A stretch of 56,894 nucleotides of DNA from a virus. Taxonomy: Duplodnaviria > Caudoviricetes. The position numbers and the translations under genes were made by a program. The notes under the pieces were generated by a model, which was not told the DNA's origin, did no database searches, and was given only the letters and a program-made list of their open reading frames with translations. Positions 17,717 through 26,579 of this stretch are shown piece by piece; positions within the stretch are counted from its first letter, which is position 1; the number at the start of each line of letters is the position of its first letter. The stretch is from IMG/VR virus record IMGVR_UViG_3300047299_000127, positions 1 to 56,894 of that record; one strand, given 5' to 3'.

Positions 17717-17949
17717 GGAACTTCACCAACACCGCCCCCGCCTTCCAGGCTCAGATCAACGCCCTCGGCATCGTGGCCAACATGACAGGCGAGGAAGTCT
17801 TCGCACTCTGGCGCAAGTACAGCGCTCAGTGCACAAACTACGACCAGTCGCCCGTCATGTTCGAGTTTGTCCAGTGGTACGCCGCCGAGCTTGGCGGAAA
17901 CCAGCGAGCACTCCAAGACGCTCTCGATCAAATCGAAGCAGTGCTTTGA
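17713..17949 (+). CDS. Hypothetical early protein
   Basis: ATGA coupling; 78 aa. Confidence 0.7.
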   Translation: MRNFTNTAPAFQAQINALGIVANMTGEEVFALWRKYSAQCTNYDQSPVMFEFVQWYAAELGGNQRALQDALDQIEAVL

Positions 17950-17961
17950 CTTGCCCACCAA

Positions 17962-17977
17962 TAACCGCATCCGGATA
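17962..17977. promoter_or_regulatory. Operator TAACCGCATCCGGATA
   Basis: Matches the operator family; intergenic. Confidence 0.65.
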
Positions 17978-17983
17978 TTTGCC

Positions 17984-18112
17984 ATGAACTTTGAAGAACA
18001 AATGAACCAAGGCGGCCCGCTCTTCTGGGCCGTGACCGTGGCCAGCGCCAGCGTGGCGTACCTGGCCTTGTGGGCTGTGATGGCCCTGCCTGATGTCCTG
18101 GGGGTCGCATGA
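17984..18112 (+). CDS. Small membrane protein (42 aa)
   Basis: One TM helix; coupled to the next gene. Confidence 0.5.
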   Translation: MNFEEQMNQGGPLFWAVTVASASVAYLALWAVMALPDVLGVA

Positions 18113-18330
18113 GCCTCGAAAACAGACAACCGGGCCAGGACGTGTACCTGGGCGATGGCGTGTACGCCAGCTTCGATGGCTTTCAGATCTGGCTGGCAGT
18201 CAATCACCACGAGAACCGGGTGGTGGCCATCGAGCCCAAGGTGATGGAGAACCTGGTGCGTTACGCCACCGCCTTATGGCCCGAGGTCAAGCGCCTTCCC
18301 GCTGATGACACAGAGGGGGGTGCGACATGA
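18109..18330 (+). CDS. Hypothetical phage protein
   Basis: YLGDGVYASFDGFQIWL motif. Confidence 0.7.
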   Translation: MSLENRQPGQDVYLGDGVYASFDGFQIWLAVNHHENRVVAIEPKVMENLVRYATALWPEVKRLPADDTEGGAT

Positions 18331-18524
18331 CCGATCAGCACTTCAAGTTCATTGAGTTCAACCCACGGCGCGCAATGCGCGGCGCAGAAGCGGCGCGAGT
18401 TGAGGTTGACCAAGATGGTGAATGGCTCTGGATGAGCAAGCGAGACATCAAGGCCAACATGAAAGATTTTGGCGCTCATCCAGAACTACAAAAGGCGCTC
18501 GATGCTTACGGGGCGTTTGCATGA
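18327..18524 (+). CDS. Hypothetical protein
   Basis: ATGA-coupled chain. Confidence 0.65.
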   Translation: MTDQHFKFIEFNPRRAMRGAEAARVEVDQDGEWLWMSKRDIKANMKDFGAHPELQKALDAYGAFA

Positions 18525-18712
18525 GGCAATACGACGACGCCCTCCACATGATGGAAGTACTTGGCGGCTCTTTCGTCAAAGCGCTGGCCGACCTGTACTA
18601 CATGGCCGACAGCACGAACAAGCCGCGCGTGCGCGCAGCCTTCCCCGAGTACTTCGAGAAGTACGAGGCCATGTACCGCCAACACCGTGAGCAGGTGAAG
18701 GGGCAAGCATGA
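18521..18712 (+). CDS. Hypothetical phage protein
   Basis: GGSFVKALA...AD..N..R...AFPEYFEKY motif. Confidence 0.7.
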   Translation: MRQYDDALHMMEVLGGSFVKALADLYYMADSTNKPRVRAAFPEYFEKYEAMYRQHREQVKGQA

Positions 18713-18957
18713 CCGAGATCTCTACCCGAGTCGCAGGCATCCCCTGCATTGCCAGGGTCACGCACTTCTACCGGCAACGCCCGTGGCGTGGGTGTGCCTC
18801 TACATGCCCCAGCGACATGGACTGGTACGGCTACACCGAATGCGAGTTCGACATCCTGGATCGGCGTGGCCGCCCTGCCCCATGGCTTGAACGCAAAGCC
18901 ACAGATGCCGACCGCGAGCGCATCACCGAAGAAATCGAAAACCAACTTGGAGACTGA
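18709..18957 (+). CDS. Hypothetical phage protein
   Basis: RVAGIPC...ILDRRGRPAPWLERK motif. Confidence 0.75.
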   Translation: MTEISTRVAGIPCIARVTHFYRQRPWRGCASTCPSDMDWYGYTECEFDILDRRGRPAPWLERKATDADRERITEEIENQLGD

Positions 18958-18958
18958 C

Positions 18959-19189
18959 ATGCAACGAGTCACACCCTACGACACCGGCAAAGTGAAGATC
19001 GGTTGTCACTACCAGCCGCAACCGCGCATCGACATGAGCGCCGACATGGAGCGCCTGCAATCCGGCCTGCTTCGCTATCGCGGGCCACGGATCGACATCG
19101 ATGTGCGCCAGATCCTGGAGCGCACCAGCTACGCCGCATCGGCCTGCATCGCTTTCATCTCCCTTCTCATCATCTTCAAACCCCAGTAA
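18959..19189 (+). CDS. Hypothetical protein with C-terminal TM
   Basis: GGAG SD; PYDTGKVKIGCHY. Confidence 0.65.
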   Translation: MQRVTPYDTGKVKIGCHYQPQPRIDMSADMERLQSGLLRYRGPRIDIDVRQILERTSYAASACIAFISLLIIFKPQ

Positions 19190-19194
19190 TCGCA

Positions 19195-19533
19195 ATGGCA
19201 ACAAAAACAAGAATTGCAAAGGGGGCTGCCTGGCCCCACAAGACGCCCGTCAACAAGCAGGACGTGAACCTCGACGCAGTGCAGAAGTGCACCGACCCCT
19301 ACCGGCCCGAGCGCATCGTCCAGCGTCACAAGTACGACGAGCTTTTCGCCAACGTCAAAGAGGGCGACTGCTTCCGGTGCCCAGACGCCAAGACCACGGC
19401 AGCCGTTGCGCGTGCCCTGCGCATGCACTTCAAACGCAATGGCTTGGATGGCGTCATCCGCCAGAACGTCAAAACTGATGACGGTGTGTGCCGTGTTTGG
19501 GCGGTCAAGGTATTCAAGGAGCAGCGCGCATGA
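19195..19533 (+). CDS. Hypothetical protein (possible small DNA-binding domain)
   Basis: KYDELFANVKEGDCF...RVW pattern. Confidence 0.65.
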   Translation: MATKTRIAKGAAWPHKTPVNKQDVNLDAVQKCTDPYRPERIVQRHKYDELFANVKEGDCFRCPDAKTTAAVARALRMHFKRNGLDGVIRQNVKTDDGVCRVWAVKVFKEQRA

Positions 19534-19859
19534 ACTGCTGCGACGAGTATTGCTCCAGCCATGGCTGCAACCAGGGGCGCGACTGCCCTGCGAGGGGGCC
19601 TGCGAAGGTGGCCAAGGTCAAGAGCAGTAAACCCCGGTACGCCAGCACGCCAACCCAGGCGCAGCACACTGCGCGCCTTCGCATCTTGGCCAAGTGGATG
19701 CTGGCGGTCCTGGCCATGCTTTTGATCTTTGCCATCGTCGTGGGCATCGCGCCCAGGTCCAAGAGCATGCGCGTGCCCTGCGACCTGGCCGAGATCAGCC
19801 CGGACCTGACACCGCAACAGCGCGAACTGTGCCGGGGCATGCGGAGGTTGAGCGTATGA
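19530..19859 (+). CDS. Hypothetical membrane protein with Cys-rich N-terminus
   Basis: CNQGRDCPAR motif, TM helix, CDLAEISPD. Confidence 0.7.
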   Translation: MNCCDEYCSSHGCNQGRDCPARGPAKVAKVKSSKPRYASTPTQAQHTARLRILAKWMLAVLAMLLIFAIVVGIAPRSKSMRVPCDLAEISPDLTPQQRELCRGMRRLSV

Positions 19860-20047
19860 CCGCCCTACCCTATGACGTGACCCGGTGCAGGCCTCAAGCG
19901 GCCAGCATCCAGTGCGCCAACTGCAAGCGCTGGGCAGATCATCCCGAACAGGTTTTCGGGAGCATCACGCCCCTTGTCAACGCAACTGGTCCGCGAGATC
20001 CAGCATGCGTGTACGTGCCCATCAGCCTGCTACCGGAGGCTGCATGA
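19856..20047 (+). CDS. Small Cys-rich hypothetical protein
   Basis: LPYDVTRC...CANCKRW; ATGA coupling. Confidence 0.6.
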   Translation: MTALPYDVTRCRPQAASIQCANCKRWADHPEQVFGSITPLVNATGPRDPACVYVPISLLPEAA

Positions 20048-20223
20048 GCTTTGTGAAGAACCCTATTGCCATGCGCGATACACCCCGCAACGCTAGGCCG
20101 TTCAAGTTGTGCGACTGGTGCGAGACCAGGCGAGCACCCGAGGGGGGCATGGACATGGGCAGAGGCCGGTGGATGTGCGCCGAGTGTTGGAACCGTAGGG
20201 CAATCAAGAGGGCTGGCAAATGA
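20044..20223 (+). CDS. Small zinc-ribbon protein
   Basis: CDWC ... CAECW. Confidence 0.6.
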   Translation: MSFVKNPIAMRDTPRNARPFKLCDWCETRRAPEGGMDMGRGRWMCAECWNRRAIKRAGK

Positions 20224-20417
20224 GCGCAGGTATCAAAGCGTGCCCACCCGACACGCCAGAGCACCACATACGCATGGCGCGCATCTTCATCCATCAGGCG
20301 CGCGAGACCATTCACCGAGATTGGTTCTTCACGCTCATGGCCTGGGCGGCGGAACGCCGCAGGCGTGCAGCACAACTCAAGGCTGCTGGCCCAGCACAAA
20401 AGGACCTATTTGCATGA
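20220..20417 (+). CDS. Hypothetical protein
   Basis: 65 aa; ends QKDLFA, resembling a beta-clamp-binding motif. Confidence 0.6.
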   Translation: MSAGIKACPPDTPEHHIRMARIFIHQARETIHRDWFFTLMAWAAERRRRAAQLKAAGPAQKDLFA

Positions 20418-20854
20418 GCCTCGATACCGACATCCGCAACTTGTCCAAGTGGCTAAACGAGGAACAGGCTGCGCCTATCGACCGCTCCGCCCTGGCCAGG
20501 CTGATGGCCTGGGCGCAGTTGGCCAACAAGCCCGCCGCCTGGGTCTATCCCGAGTTCTTCGAGCGCATCGAGGAGGCCGGGTGCTGGACCGCCTACGCAG
20601 GTGATGGGGTTGGCCAACACCCTGACGGGGTGGAGCGCATCCCACTGTTTCGCGGCCCGCCCAAGCCTTCATCGTTTCCAGCCGAAGCCGCAGCCTTCAA
20701 AGCCTGGTTCGATGCCTGGTATGTGGGTGATGGCGAGCAAGGCGAAACCATCCCAGGGCAGTCAGACCCGCATTTTCTGACCTACCTGGATCAGTACACC
20801 CTGGGCTTTGGTGCCTGGATGGCGGCCAAGCATGCGGCGAGGGCGGGTACGTGA
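20414..20854 (+). CDS. Hypothetical mosaic phage protein
   Basis: KPAAW...IPLF motif; ATGA coupling. Confidence 0.65.
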   Translation: MSLDTDIRNLSKWLNEEQAAPIDRSALARLMAWAQLANKPAAWVYPEFFERIEEAGCWTAYAGDGVGQHPDGVERIPLFRGPPKPSSFPAEAAAFKAWFDAWYVGDGEQGETIPGQSDPHFLTYLDQYTLGFGAWMAAKHAARAGT

Positions 20855-21165
20855 ACGCCAGCGACCCAGGCAGTAAGGACTGGTGGCGCGTGGTGCAGAC
20901 CATGCCGCCCGAAGAGGCCTTGATCTGCCTGAACGACTACCGCGCAGCGCTGGTCATCTACAACATCGGCCACCCCCAGTACGTCACCGCCGCCGCGATG
21001 CTGGTCAAGGTCAACGCCGAGATCAAACGATTCAACCGAATCATCGACAGCGGACGCTGGTACCGGGCATGCAAGAACGTGCTGCCGCCCGAACAGTTTG
21101 ATGCCGTGCTAATTGAAAAGCGCCTCCTGGAGGACCAGGAGCGCGGACCTGTGAGGACCGTATGA
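20851..21165 (+). CDS. Hypothetical protein
   Basis: GTGA coupling; 104 aa. Confidence 0.65.
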   Translation: MNASDPGSKDWWRVVQTMPPEEALICLNDYRAALVIYNIGHPQYVTAAAMLVKVNAEIKRFNRIIDSGRWYRACKNVLPPEQFDAVLIEKRLLEDQERGPVRTV

Positions 21166-21287
21166 GATCCCTTCTCGCTTACCTTGCCATCGTCGCCGCC
21201 ATCTTTGGCGGCATCTACATCAAGTCTTGGCAGTGCCAAGAACTTTTCCCGCACGCCAACCAGGTGGCGTGCCTCTTCTGGAAGTGA
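21162..21287 (+). CDS. Small membrane peptide (41 aa)
   Basis: GAGG SD; TM helix plus Cys pair; translated by hand. Confidence 0.5.
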   Translation: MRSLLAYLAIVAAIFGGIYIKSWQCQELFPHANQVACLFWK

Positions 21288-21290
21288 CCC

Positions 21291-21530
21291 ATGCACATCA
21301 TCATCTACACCAAAGACCACTGCCCCAACTGCACAACGGCCAAGCAGCTGCTGGCCGCCAAGGGCATGCAGTTTGAAGAGCGATACATCGAGGTGCCGCT
21401 CTGGTTTGAGACCTTGAACATGCTGTACCCCGAGGCGCGCCAGATGCCTCAGATCTTCATCGATGGCCAGCGCGTGGGTGGGCTGGCTGGTCTCCAAGCC
21501 GCGCTCAAGCAACTGGAGGCGCAGTCGTGA
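21291..21530 (+). CDS. Glutaredoxin
   Basis: IYTKDHCPNC active site; MPQIFIDGQRVGG. Confidence 0.9.
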   Translation: MHIIIYTKDHCPNCTTAKQLLAAKGMQFEERYIEVPLWFETLNMLYPEARQMPQIFIDGQRVGGLAGLQAALKQLEAQS

Positions 21531-21616
21531 TCGCTTTCATTGCTGGCTTGTTCATCGGTGCCGCGCTGGGCATGTTGACCGCTGCCCTGTGTGTGATCTC
21601 CAAGACCGACGACTGA
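21527..21616 (+). CDS. Small membrane peptide (DUF3789-like, 29 aa)
   Basis: GGAGG SD; FIAGLFIGAALGMLTAALC. Confidence 0.5.
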   Translation: MIAFIAGLFIGAALGMLTAALCVISKTDD

Positions 21617-21682
21617 CGCCCATGACCAGGTGCCAAGCTGCGCAAAATCATGCTCATCCCAGCGTGACGCACCGACCAACTG

Positions 21683-22087
21683 ATGTACCGCAGACCGCCC
21701 AAGAAGAACCCTTACGGCAACCCCATTGCCAAGGCCATCATCAAGCAGGAACTGACCAGCCAGATCCTGAACCACAAGATCCGCCTGTACATGATGCAGG
21801 CCGGAGAGCCGTGCGATGCCCTGATGGAGGCCACGGGCAGTTCTATGGCCATGGTGGGCTACGCCGCCGAACTGGAGGCCGCAAAGCCTGGCAGCACGTT
21901 CAGCCGCGAGGACCCCAAGCTGCGCATTCTTCGCGGCGGGCTGTCCGCCTGCCAGCAAATGCTGCTGGCCAACCGCTGGGACCCATTGCAGGCCACGTCC
22001 ATTGCCATGGGCATCGATGCCACCGTCGAGCTTGTCCCCCTTGTGAGCCCCGAAAGCCTGGCCAAAGCCATCAAAGCCCTGTCGTAG
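21683..22087 (+). CDS. Hypothetical protein
   Basis: 134 aa ORF with typical codon usage. Confidence 0.7.
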   Translation: MYRRPPKKNPYGNPIAKAIIKQELTSQILNHKIRLYMMQAGEPCDALMEATGSSMAMVGYAAELEAAKPGSTFSREDPKLRILRGGLSACQQMLLANRWDPLQATSIAMGIDATVELVPLVSPESLAKAIKALS

Positions 22088-22120
22088 TCCGGCGAGGCGC
22101 AAAAAAAATTTGCACCTGAA

Positions 22121-22162
22121 TATCCATATACGGTTGCATTGTTATCCGTATGCGGATATGAT
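22121..22162 (+). promoter_or_regulatory. Second early sigma70 promoter with two operators
   Basis: TTGCAT-N17-TATGAT; operators at 22121-22136 and 22143-22158. Confidence 0.75.
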
Positions 22163-22199
22163 CGAGGCGTGTCAGGAACTTAAACAGGAGTCAGGAACC

Positions 22200-22466
22200 A
22201 TGAACCAAGCCCAGATCGAAGCAGTGGCAAATGCCAATGCCTTCCTCAACAACGCAGGCCTGCCGCTTATCGAAGAGCGTGTCTTGCAGGTCCAAGTCAA
22301 GAACGTGTACGGCAAGGCCACCGTCTACCCGGCCAACGAAACCGCCGAGTTCTTCGCGGCGATTGCTGGCACCAAAACCCTCGCGCCCGTTGTCCTGGCC
22401 TATGCCAGACGGTTGGGCTTCGACATCAAGCAAGTCGAGGCCTACCAGATTCCGGGGGTGCAGTGA
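22200..22466 (+). CDS. Hypothetical phage protein
   Basis: AGGAG SD; VKNVYG...YPANETA..FA.IAGTKTL motif. Confidence 0.75.
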   Translation: MNQAQIEAVANANAFLNNAGLPLIEERVLQVQVKNVYGKATVYPANETAEFFAAIAGTKTLAPVVLAYARRLGFDIKQVEAYQIPGVQ

Positions 22467-22726
22467 TGTGGGGCGCACGCAGCAACAAGGGCGCAGCCCT
22501 TACCCGCAAAGCCAACAAGGCCCTCAAGGGCCTGGTTGAGTCTGTCAAGGTCAAGAGCGGCGGGTACACCAACATGGAGTGCGGTGAAGTCAGCGGTCCC
22601 GAGATCGAGCCTCTGATGTTCGCTCGCCAGATCCTGATCGATGCAGGCATCGAGTGCAGCGAGATCCAGACGTTCAAGAACATCGGGCCTCGCTTCTACA
22701 TCCAAAACGCCAAGGTGGCCGCATGA
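22466..22726 (+). CDS. Hypothetical protein
   Basis: TGATG coupling. Confidence 0.65.
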   Translation: MWGARSNKGAALTRKANKALKGLVESVKVKSGGYTNMECGEVSGPEIEPLMFARQILIDAGIECSEIQTFKNIGPRFYIQNAKVAA

Positions 22727-22956
22727 CGCTCATTCAACGCCAAGACCGCATCGTGCGCGCATTGGAAAGGATCTATCGGCGCGCCCGGCAAAACCCCGGC
22801 CAGCGCTCCAAGGCCGTGCGCCTGCTGATGGAGTTCAACGCCAAGCGCATGGCCTTCGCGGGCTATTCCGCCATCGAGGCCCGCGCCAGCTTCAACCAGT
22901 GCGCCGACATGGCGCGCCTCAACAGCATGTGCGGGCCTTCGCTCGCCCAGCAATAA
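22723..22956 (+). CDS. Hypothetical protein
   Basis: ATGA coupling. Confidence 0.6.
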   Translation: MTLIQRQDRIVRALERIYRRARQNPGQRSKAVRLLMEFNAKRMAFAGYSAIEARASFNQCADMARLNSMCGPSLAQQ

Positions 22957-22969
22957 CCGCATCCGGATT
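22954..22969. promoter_or_regulatory. Operator TAACCGCATCCGGATT upstream of the recombination genes
   Basis: Matches the operator family. Confidence 0.65.
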
Positions 22970-22997
22970 TTTCAACCCAACGTCAAGGAGTGACGCA

Positions 22998-23984
22998 ATG
23001 AACGCAGTAACGCAAACCGAAGCCCAGGCCCTTGAGGTCATCGAGCAAGGCCACGACCGAAGCAAGTACCTGGGCGGCAGCGACATCGGCGCTGTCCTGG
23101 GCATCAGCCCATGGAGAACGCCCATCGACCTGTGGAAGGACAAGACCACGCCGCGAGTCGAAGGCCCGCGCAAGCAGGTTTTCACGCGAGGCGTGCGCTG
23201 GGAGTCCGTGGTCGCAGAAATGCTGGTCGAGCGCCTGGAGGCCGAGGGCAACAAGGTCCAGATCGTCAGCAGCAACAAACGCTACAAGGACCCGGAGCAT
23301 GCGTTCATGGCCTCGGAGATCGACTTCGAGATCATCCTGAACGACGACACCGAAATCACCAACGTCGAACTCAAGACCGTTCACCCCTTCAAGATGCGCG
23401 AATGGGGCGAGTCGGGCAGTGACAACCTGCCCATTCACTACACAGCGCAGGTGATGTGGGGCTTGGGCCTGACGCGCCGCCAAAACGGCATCCTGGCCGC
23501 TCTCTTCGGTGCTGACGAACTGCGCACCTACCCGGTGGCCGCCGACCAGGAAACCATCGCGGCGATCCGCGCCCGTGGCTTTGAGTTCTGGACGCGCAAT
23601 GTCCTGGGCGGTATCGCACCCGACCCGATCAACCTGGCGGACCTGGCCAAGATCTTCCCCAAAGAGGTTGACGACCGCCCTGCCCTGCTGGCCGACGAGC
23701 AGCTGGCCGCCAAGGTCATGCGCATGCGCGCCATCAACACCGAGATCAAGGCACGCGAGGCCGAAGCCGAGGCCTTGGAGTTCGAGATCAAGTTGGCCAT
23801 GCGCGATGCCGGTGAACTGCTCATGCCCAACGGCAAGACCGCCATCAACTGGGTCAACAAGTCCGGCAAGTACCTGGACGAAGCCACCTTCAAAGAGCAG
23901 GACCCCAAGGGCTACAAGGCCCTGCAAAAAACCTGGGAGAAGCGTGTTTTCACGCTCAAGCAGTTCAGCACCGAAGGCCTGTAA
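22998..23984 (+). CDS. YqaJ-like recombination exonuclease
   Basis: RSKYLGGSDIGAVLGISPWRTPIDLW; ASEID; ELKT; PIHYTAQV. Confidence 0.92.
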   Translation: MNAVTQTEAQALEVIEQGHDRSKYLGGSDIGAVLGISPWRTPIDLWKDKTTPRVEGPRKQVFTRGVRWESVVAEMLVERLEAEGNKVQIVSSNKRYKDPEHAFMASEIDFEIILNDDTEITNVELKTVHPFKMREWGESGSDNLPIHYTAQVMWGLGLTRRQNGILAALFGADELRTYPVAADQETIAAIRARGFEFWTRNVLGGIAPDPINLADLAKIFPKEVDDRPALLADEQLAAKVMRMRAINTEIKAREAEAEALEFEIKLAMRDAGELLMPNGKTAINWVNKSGKYLDEATFKEQDPKGYKALQKTWEKRVFTLKQFSTEGL

Positions 23985-24020
23985 GCCCGACAGATTAACC
24001 CACCCAAGAAAGGAAGCTCC

Positions 24021-24941
24021 ATGAGCACTCAAGCCCTCAAACAAGTCGCTACCGGCAAAACAGCCGTAGCGCAACGCCGACCCGACACCATCGCGGGCCT
24101 GCTGGGAGACCCCAAGGTCAAGCAGCAAATGGCCCTGTGCCTGCCCAAGCACGTCACCGCAGACCGCCTGGCGCGCATTGCACTCACCGAGGTGCGCAAG
24201 AACCCGAAATTGGGCGAAGCCGATCAAGGCTCATTCCTGGGGGCGCTGATGCAGTGCGCGGCCCTGGGCATCGAGCCCGGTGGCGCACTTGGCCACGCCT
24301 ACCTCCTGCCGTTCGACAACAAGCGCAAAGGCATCACCGAAGTGCAGTTCATCCTTGGCTACAAGGGCATGCTGGACCTGTCCCGCCGCTCGGGCCAGAT
24401 CATGAGCATCGAGGCTCGCGCCGTGTACACCGCCGACCAATTCCACGTGTCGCTGGGCCTCAATCCTGATCTGACGCACGAGCCCAACTGGGACGCTGAC
24501 GACCGTGGGGACCTGCGCTTTGTGTACGCCGTGGCCAAGCTCAAGGACGGGGGCACGCAGTTCGAGGTCATGAGCCGCAAGGAGATCGAGAAGATCCGCA
24601 ACGAGTCTCAGGGCTACAAGACCGCCGTGAAGTACGGCAGCTCCAACCCTTGGATCTCGCACTTCGAGGAAATGGCCAAGAAAACCGTGCTGCGCCGCCT
24701 CTTCAAGTGGCTGCCAATCAGCATCGAACTGGCCACCGCTATCCATCAAGACGAGGCCGTGGACATCGGCATGCCGCAGGACAACCCGCTCACCATCGAC
24801 CAGGAAACCGGCGAGATCACTGGCGGCACGCAAGAGCAGCAGCAGGTCCTGGCCAACGAGCCAAGCCAGGCCCTCCAGCCTGCAACCAACGAACACGCCG
24901 ACTTTGTGGCCGCCATGGAAGGCGAAGAGCAGAAGGCGTAA
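24021..24941 (+). CDS. recT: RecT single-strand annealing recombinase
   Basis: GHAYLLPF, QFILGYKGMLDL.RRSG, EMAKKTVLRRLFKWLPIS. Confidence 0.95.
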   Translation: MSTQALKQVATGKTAVAQRRPDTIAGLLGDPKVKQQMALCLPKHVTADRLARIALTEVRKNPKLGEADQGSFLGALMQCAALGIEPGGALGHAYLLPFDNKRKGITEVQFILGYKGMLDLSRRSGQIMSIEARAVYTADQFHVSLGLNPDLTHEPNWDADDRGDLRFVYAVAKLKDGGTQFEVMSRKEIEKIRNESQGYKTAVKYGSSNPWISHFEEMAKKTVLRRLFKWLPISIELATAIHQDEAVDIGMPQDNPLTIDQETGEITGGTQEQQQVLANEPSQALQPATNEHADFVAAMEGEEQKA

Positions 24942-24946
24942 CGAAT

Positions 24947-25009
24947 TGGCCGAAAGCGGATGCTGTTGGAGCGATTAGCGATCTACCAATGGACGCAGCG
25001 AGTAGGCCA
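24947..25009 (+). ncRNA. Candidate structured cis-RNA between recT and the next operon
   Basis: TGGCC/GGCCA, GCTG/CAGC and TTGG/CCAA stems with a GAAA/AGUA (loop E-like) internal loop. Confidence 0.4.
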
Positions 25010-25036
25010 CCCATCACCAACCACCAGGAGCAAACC

Positions 25037-25402
25037 ATGCACCCATCCCGTCCCGAATCGGCAGCCACAGACGTGCCCGAGTTCATCACCGACCTAGAGG
25101 GCGGTCTCTTTGAGATCGTTCTGTCCAAAGCCCTGAGCGATACCGCCGCCGCCGCAGTGGATCACAACAAGAAAGGCGAGGTCATCGTGAAATTCAAGAT
25201 CGAGCAGATCCTGGGCACTCACCAGGTCCGCATCCAGCACGACCTGAAATTCAGCAAGCCCACCAGTATGGGCCGTGTGTCCGAAGAAACCAGCGGCGCG
25301 ACCGTGCTGCACGTTGGCAAGTACGGCGCGCTGTCCCTGGCCCAGCCTCCCCTGTTCAGCCAAGACCAAAGCCAAAACCAAACCCGCATCCCCGGCGCTT
25401 GA
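25037..25402 (+). CDS. Conserved phage protein (YfdP-like, partner of DUF2303)
   Basis: TDVPEFITDLEGG.F...LS..AAAAVDH.KKGEV; AGGAG SD. Confidence 0.75.
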   Translation: MHPSRPESAATDVPEFITDLEGGLFEIVLSKALSDTAAAAVDHNKKGEVIVKFKIEQILGTHQVRIQHDLKFSKPTSMGRVSEETSGATVLHVGKYGALSLAQPPLFSQDQSQNQTRIPGA

Positions 25403-25434
25403 TGCCGCAGATCAACCCATAAGGAGAACCCAAC

Positions 25435-26265
25435 ATGTTCGACAAAGAGGCCATCGAAGCGATCAACGAAGGCACCGGTATCTACCAGGCAGTCAACGCC
25501 GTTGCCAAGGCGTTCAAGGACAACAAGGCCGCCGTAGCCCTGCCCGAGAAGTACAAGATCCATGACCTGGAGCCCTACCTGGATAACCGCCGCCGTGCCC
25601 GTGGAACGATGACCACCGAATCGGTGGCCGACTTCGCCAAGTACGTGCGCGAGCACAAAGAGGCCGGAGCCAGCGTGTTCGTGGAGGCCGATAGCATGCA
25701 GGCCGTGGCCGTACTGAACCTGGGCACGCCCACGACACCGGGCCACACCGACAACCGCGCCAAGCTGGTCATGCGCAAGACCGCCGCCTACACCGCGCTC
25801 AAGGCGCATGCCAGCGGCCAGGGCATGACCCAGGCCAAAGCCGCCGAGTTCATGGAGGACTGGCAAGACCTGATCGAGTGCTACGCAGACAGTGAGGCCA
25901 TGGGCACGCACAAGGCCATTGCCGCCGTGCGCGACATCACCATCGAGGCCGCCAAGAAAGTCGAAAGCCAAGAGCAGCAACTCAGCGCAACCCGTAGCGC
26001 GTTGGAAAGCGTCAAGGCCAGCAGCAAGCACACCCTGCCCACGCACATCTATTTCAAGTGCGAGCCTTTCGCAGGCCTGCAAGAGCGCACTTTTGTGCTT
26101 CGCCTGGGCATCCAGACTGGCACCGACAAACTGGGCGTGGTGCTGCGCATCGTCAAGCAGGAAGCGCACGACGAAGAAATGGCCAACGAGTTCGCCCGCA
26201 AGGTCGATGACGCCCTGTTGGGCTGGAGCGTCCCGGTACTGGTCGGCTCCTACGCAAAGGCATGA
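25435..26265 (+). CDS. DUF2303/YfdQ family protein
   Basis: DLEPY...RRR.RG.M.T.S..DF; LNLGT...PGH.D; AEFMEDW; CEPF.GL.ER. Confidence 0.85.
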   Translation: MFDKEAIEAINEGTGIYQAVNAVAKAFKDNKAAVALPEKYKIHDLEPYLDNRRRARGTMTTESVADFAKYVREHKEAGASVFVEADSMQAVAVLNLGTPTTPGHTDNRAKLVMRKTAAYTALKAHASGQGMTQAKAAEFMEDWQDLIECYADSEAMGTHKAIAAVRDITIEAAKKVESQEQQLSATRSALESVKASSKHTLPTHIYFKCEPFAGLQERTFVLRLGIQTGTDKLGVVLRIVKQEAHDEEMANEFARKVDDALLGWSVPVLVGSYAKA

Positions 26266-26579
26266 CGGACATGAACAACGAACAGCAAATTGAGCAAACC
26301 CTCCAGGACAAAGGGCTCAATGCCCCACGCCTGAGCCCTGACGACATCAACGCAGTGATCGTGCACGAGCAGTATTACGTGTTCCCCGGTACCACCGTGA
26401 CCGTGTGCTGCCTGACACTGCGCAACGGCTTCAACGTCATTGGCCAAAGCGCCGCCGCCAGCCGCGAGAACTTCGACGCCGAGATCGGTCGGTCCATCGC
26501 TTACGGTGATGCCCGCGAGAAGATCTGGCAACTGGAGGGCTATCTGCTCAAGCAGCGCCTGGCAGGGGGTGAGGCATGA
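26262..26579 (+). CDS. Phage Gp49/Gp66 family protein
   Basis: APRL...TVCCLTLRNGF.V.G.SA..S.ENFDAEIGR..A...A..KIW.LEGY. Confidence 0.88.
   Translation: MTDMNNEQQIEQTLQDKGLNAPRLSPDDINAVIVHEQYYVFPGTTVTVCCLTLRNGFNVIGQSAAASRENFDAEIGRSIAYGDAREKIWQLEGYLLKQRLAGGEA

Noticed and set aside
22641-22997. N-terminal extension of the YqaJ ORF
   Set aside because: Overlaps other coupled genes and an operator; a strong AAGGAG SD supports the ATG at 22998
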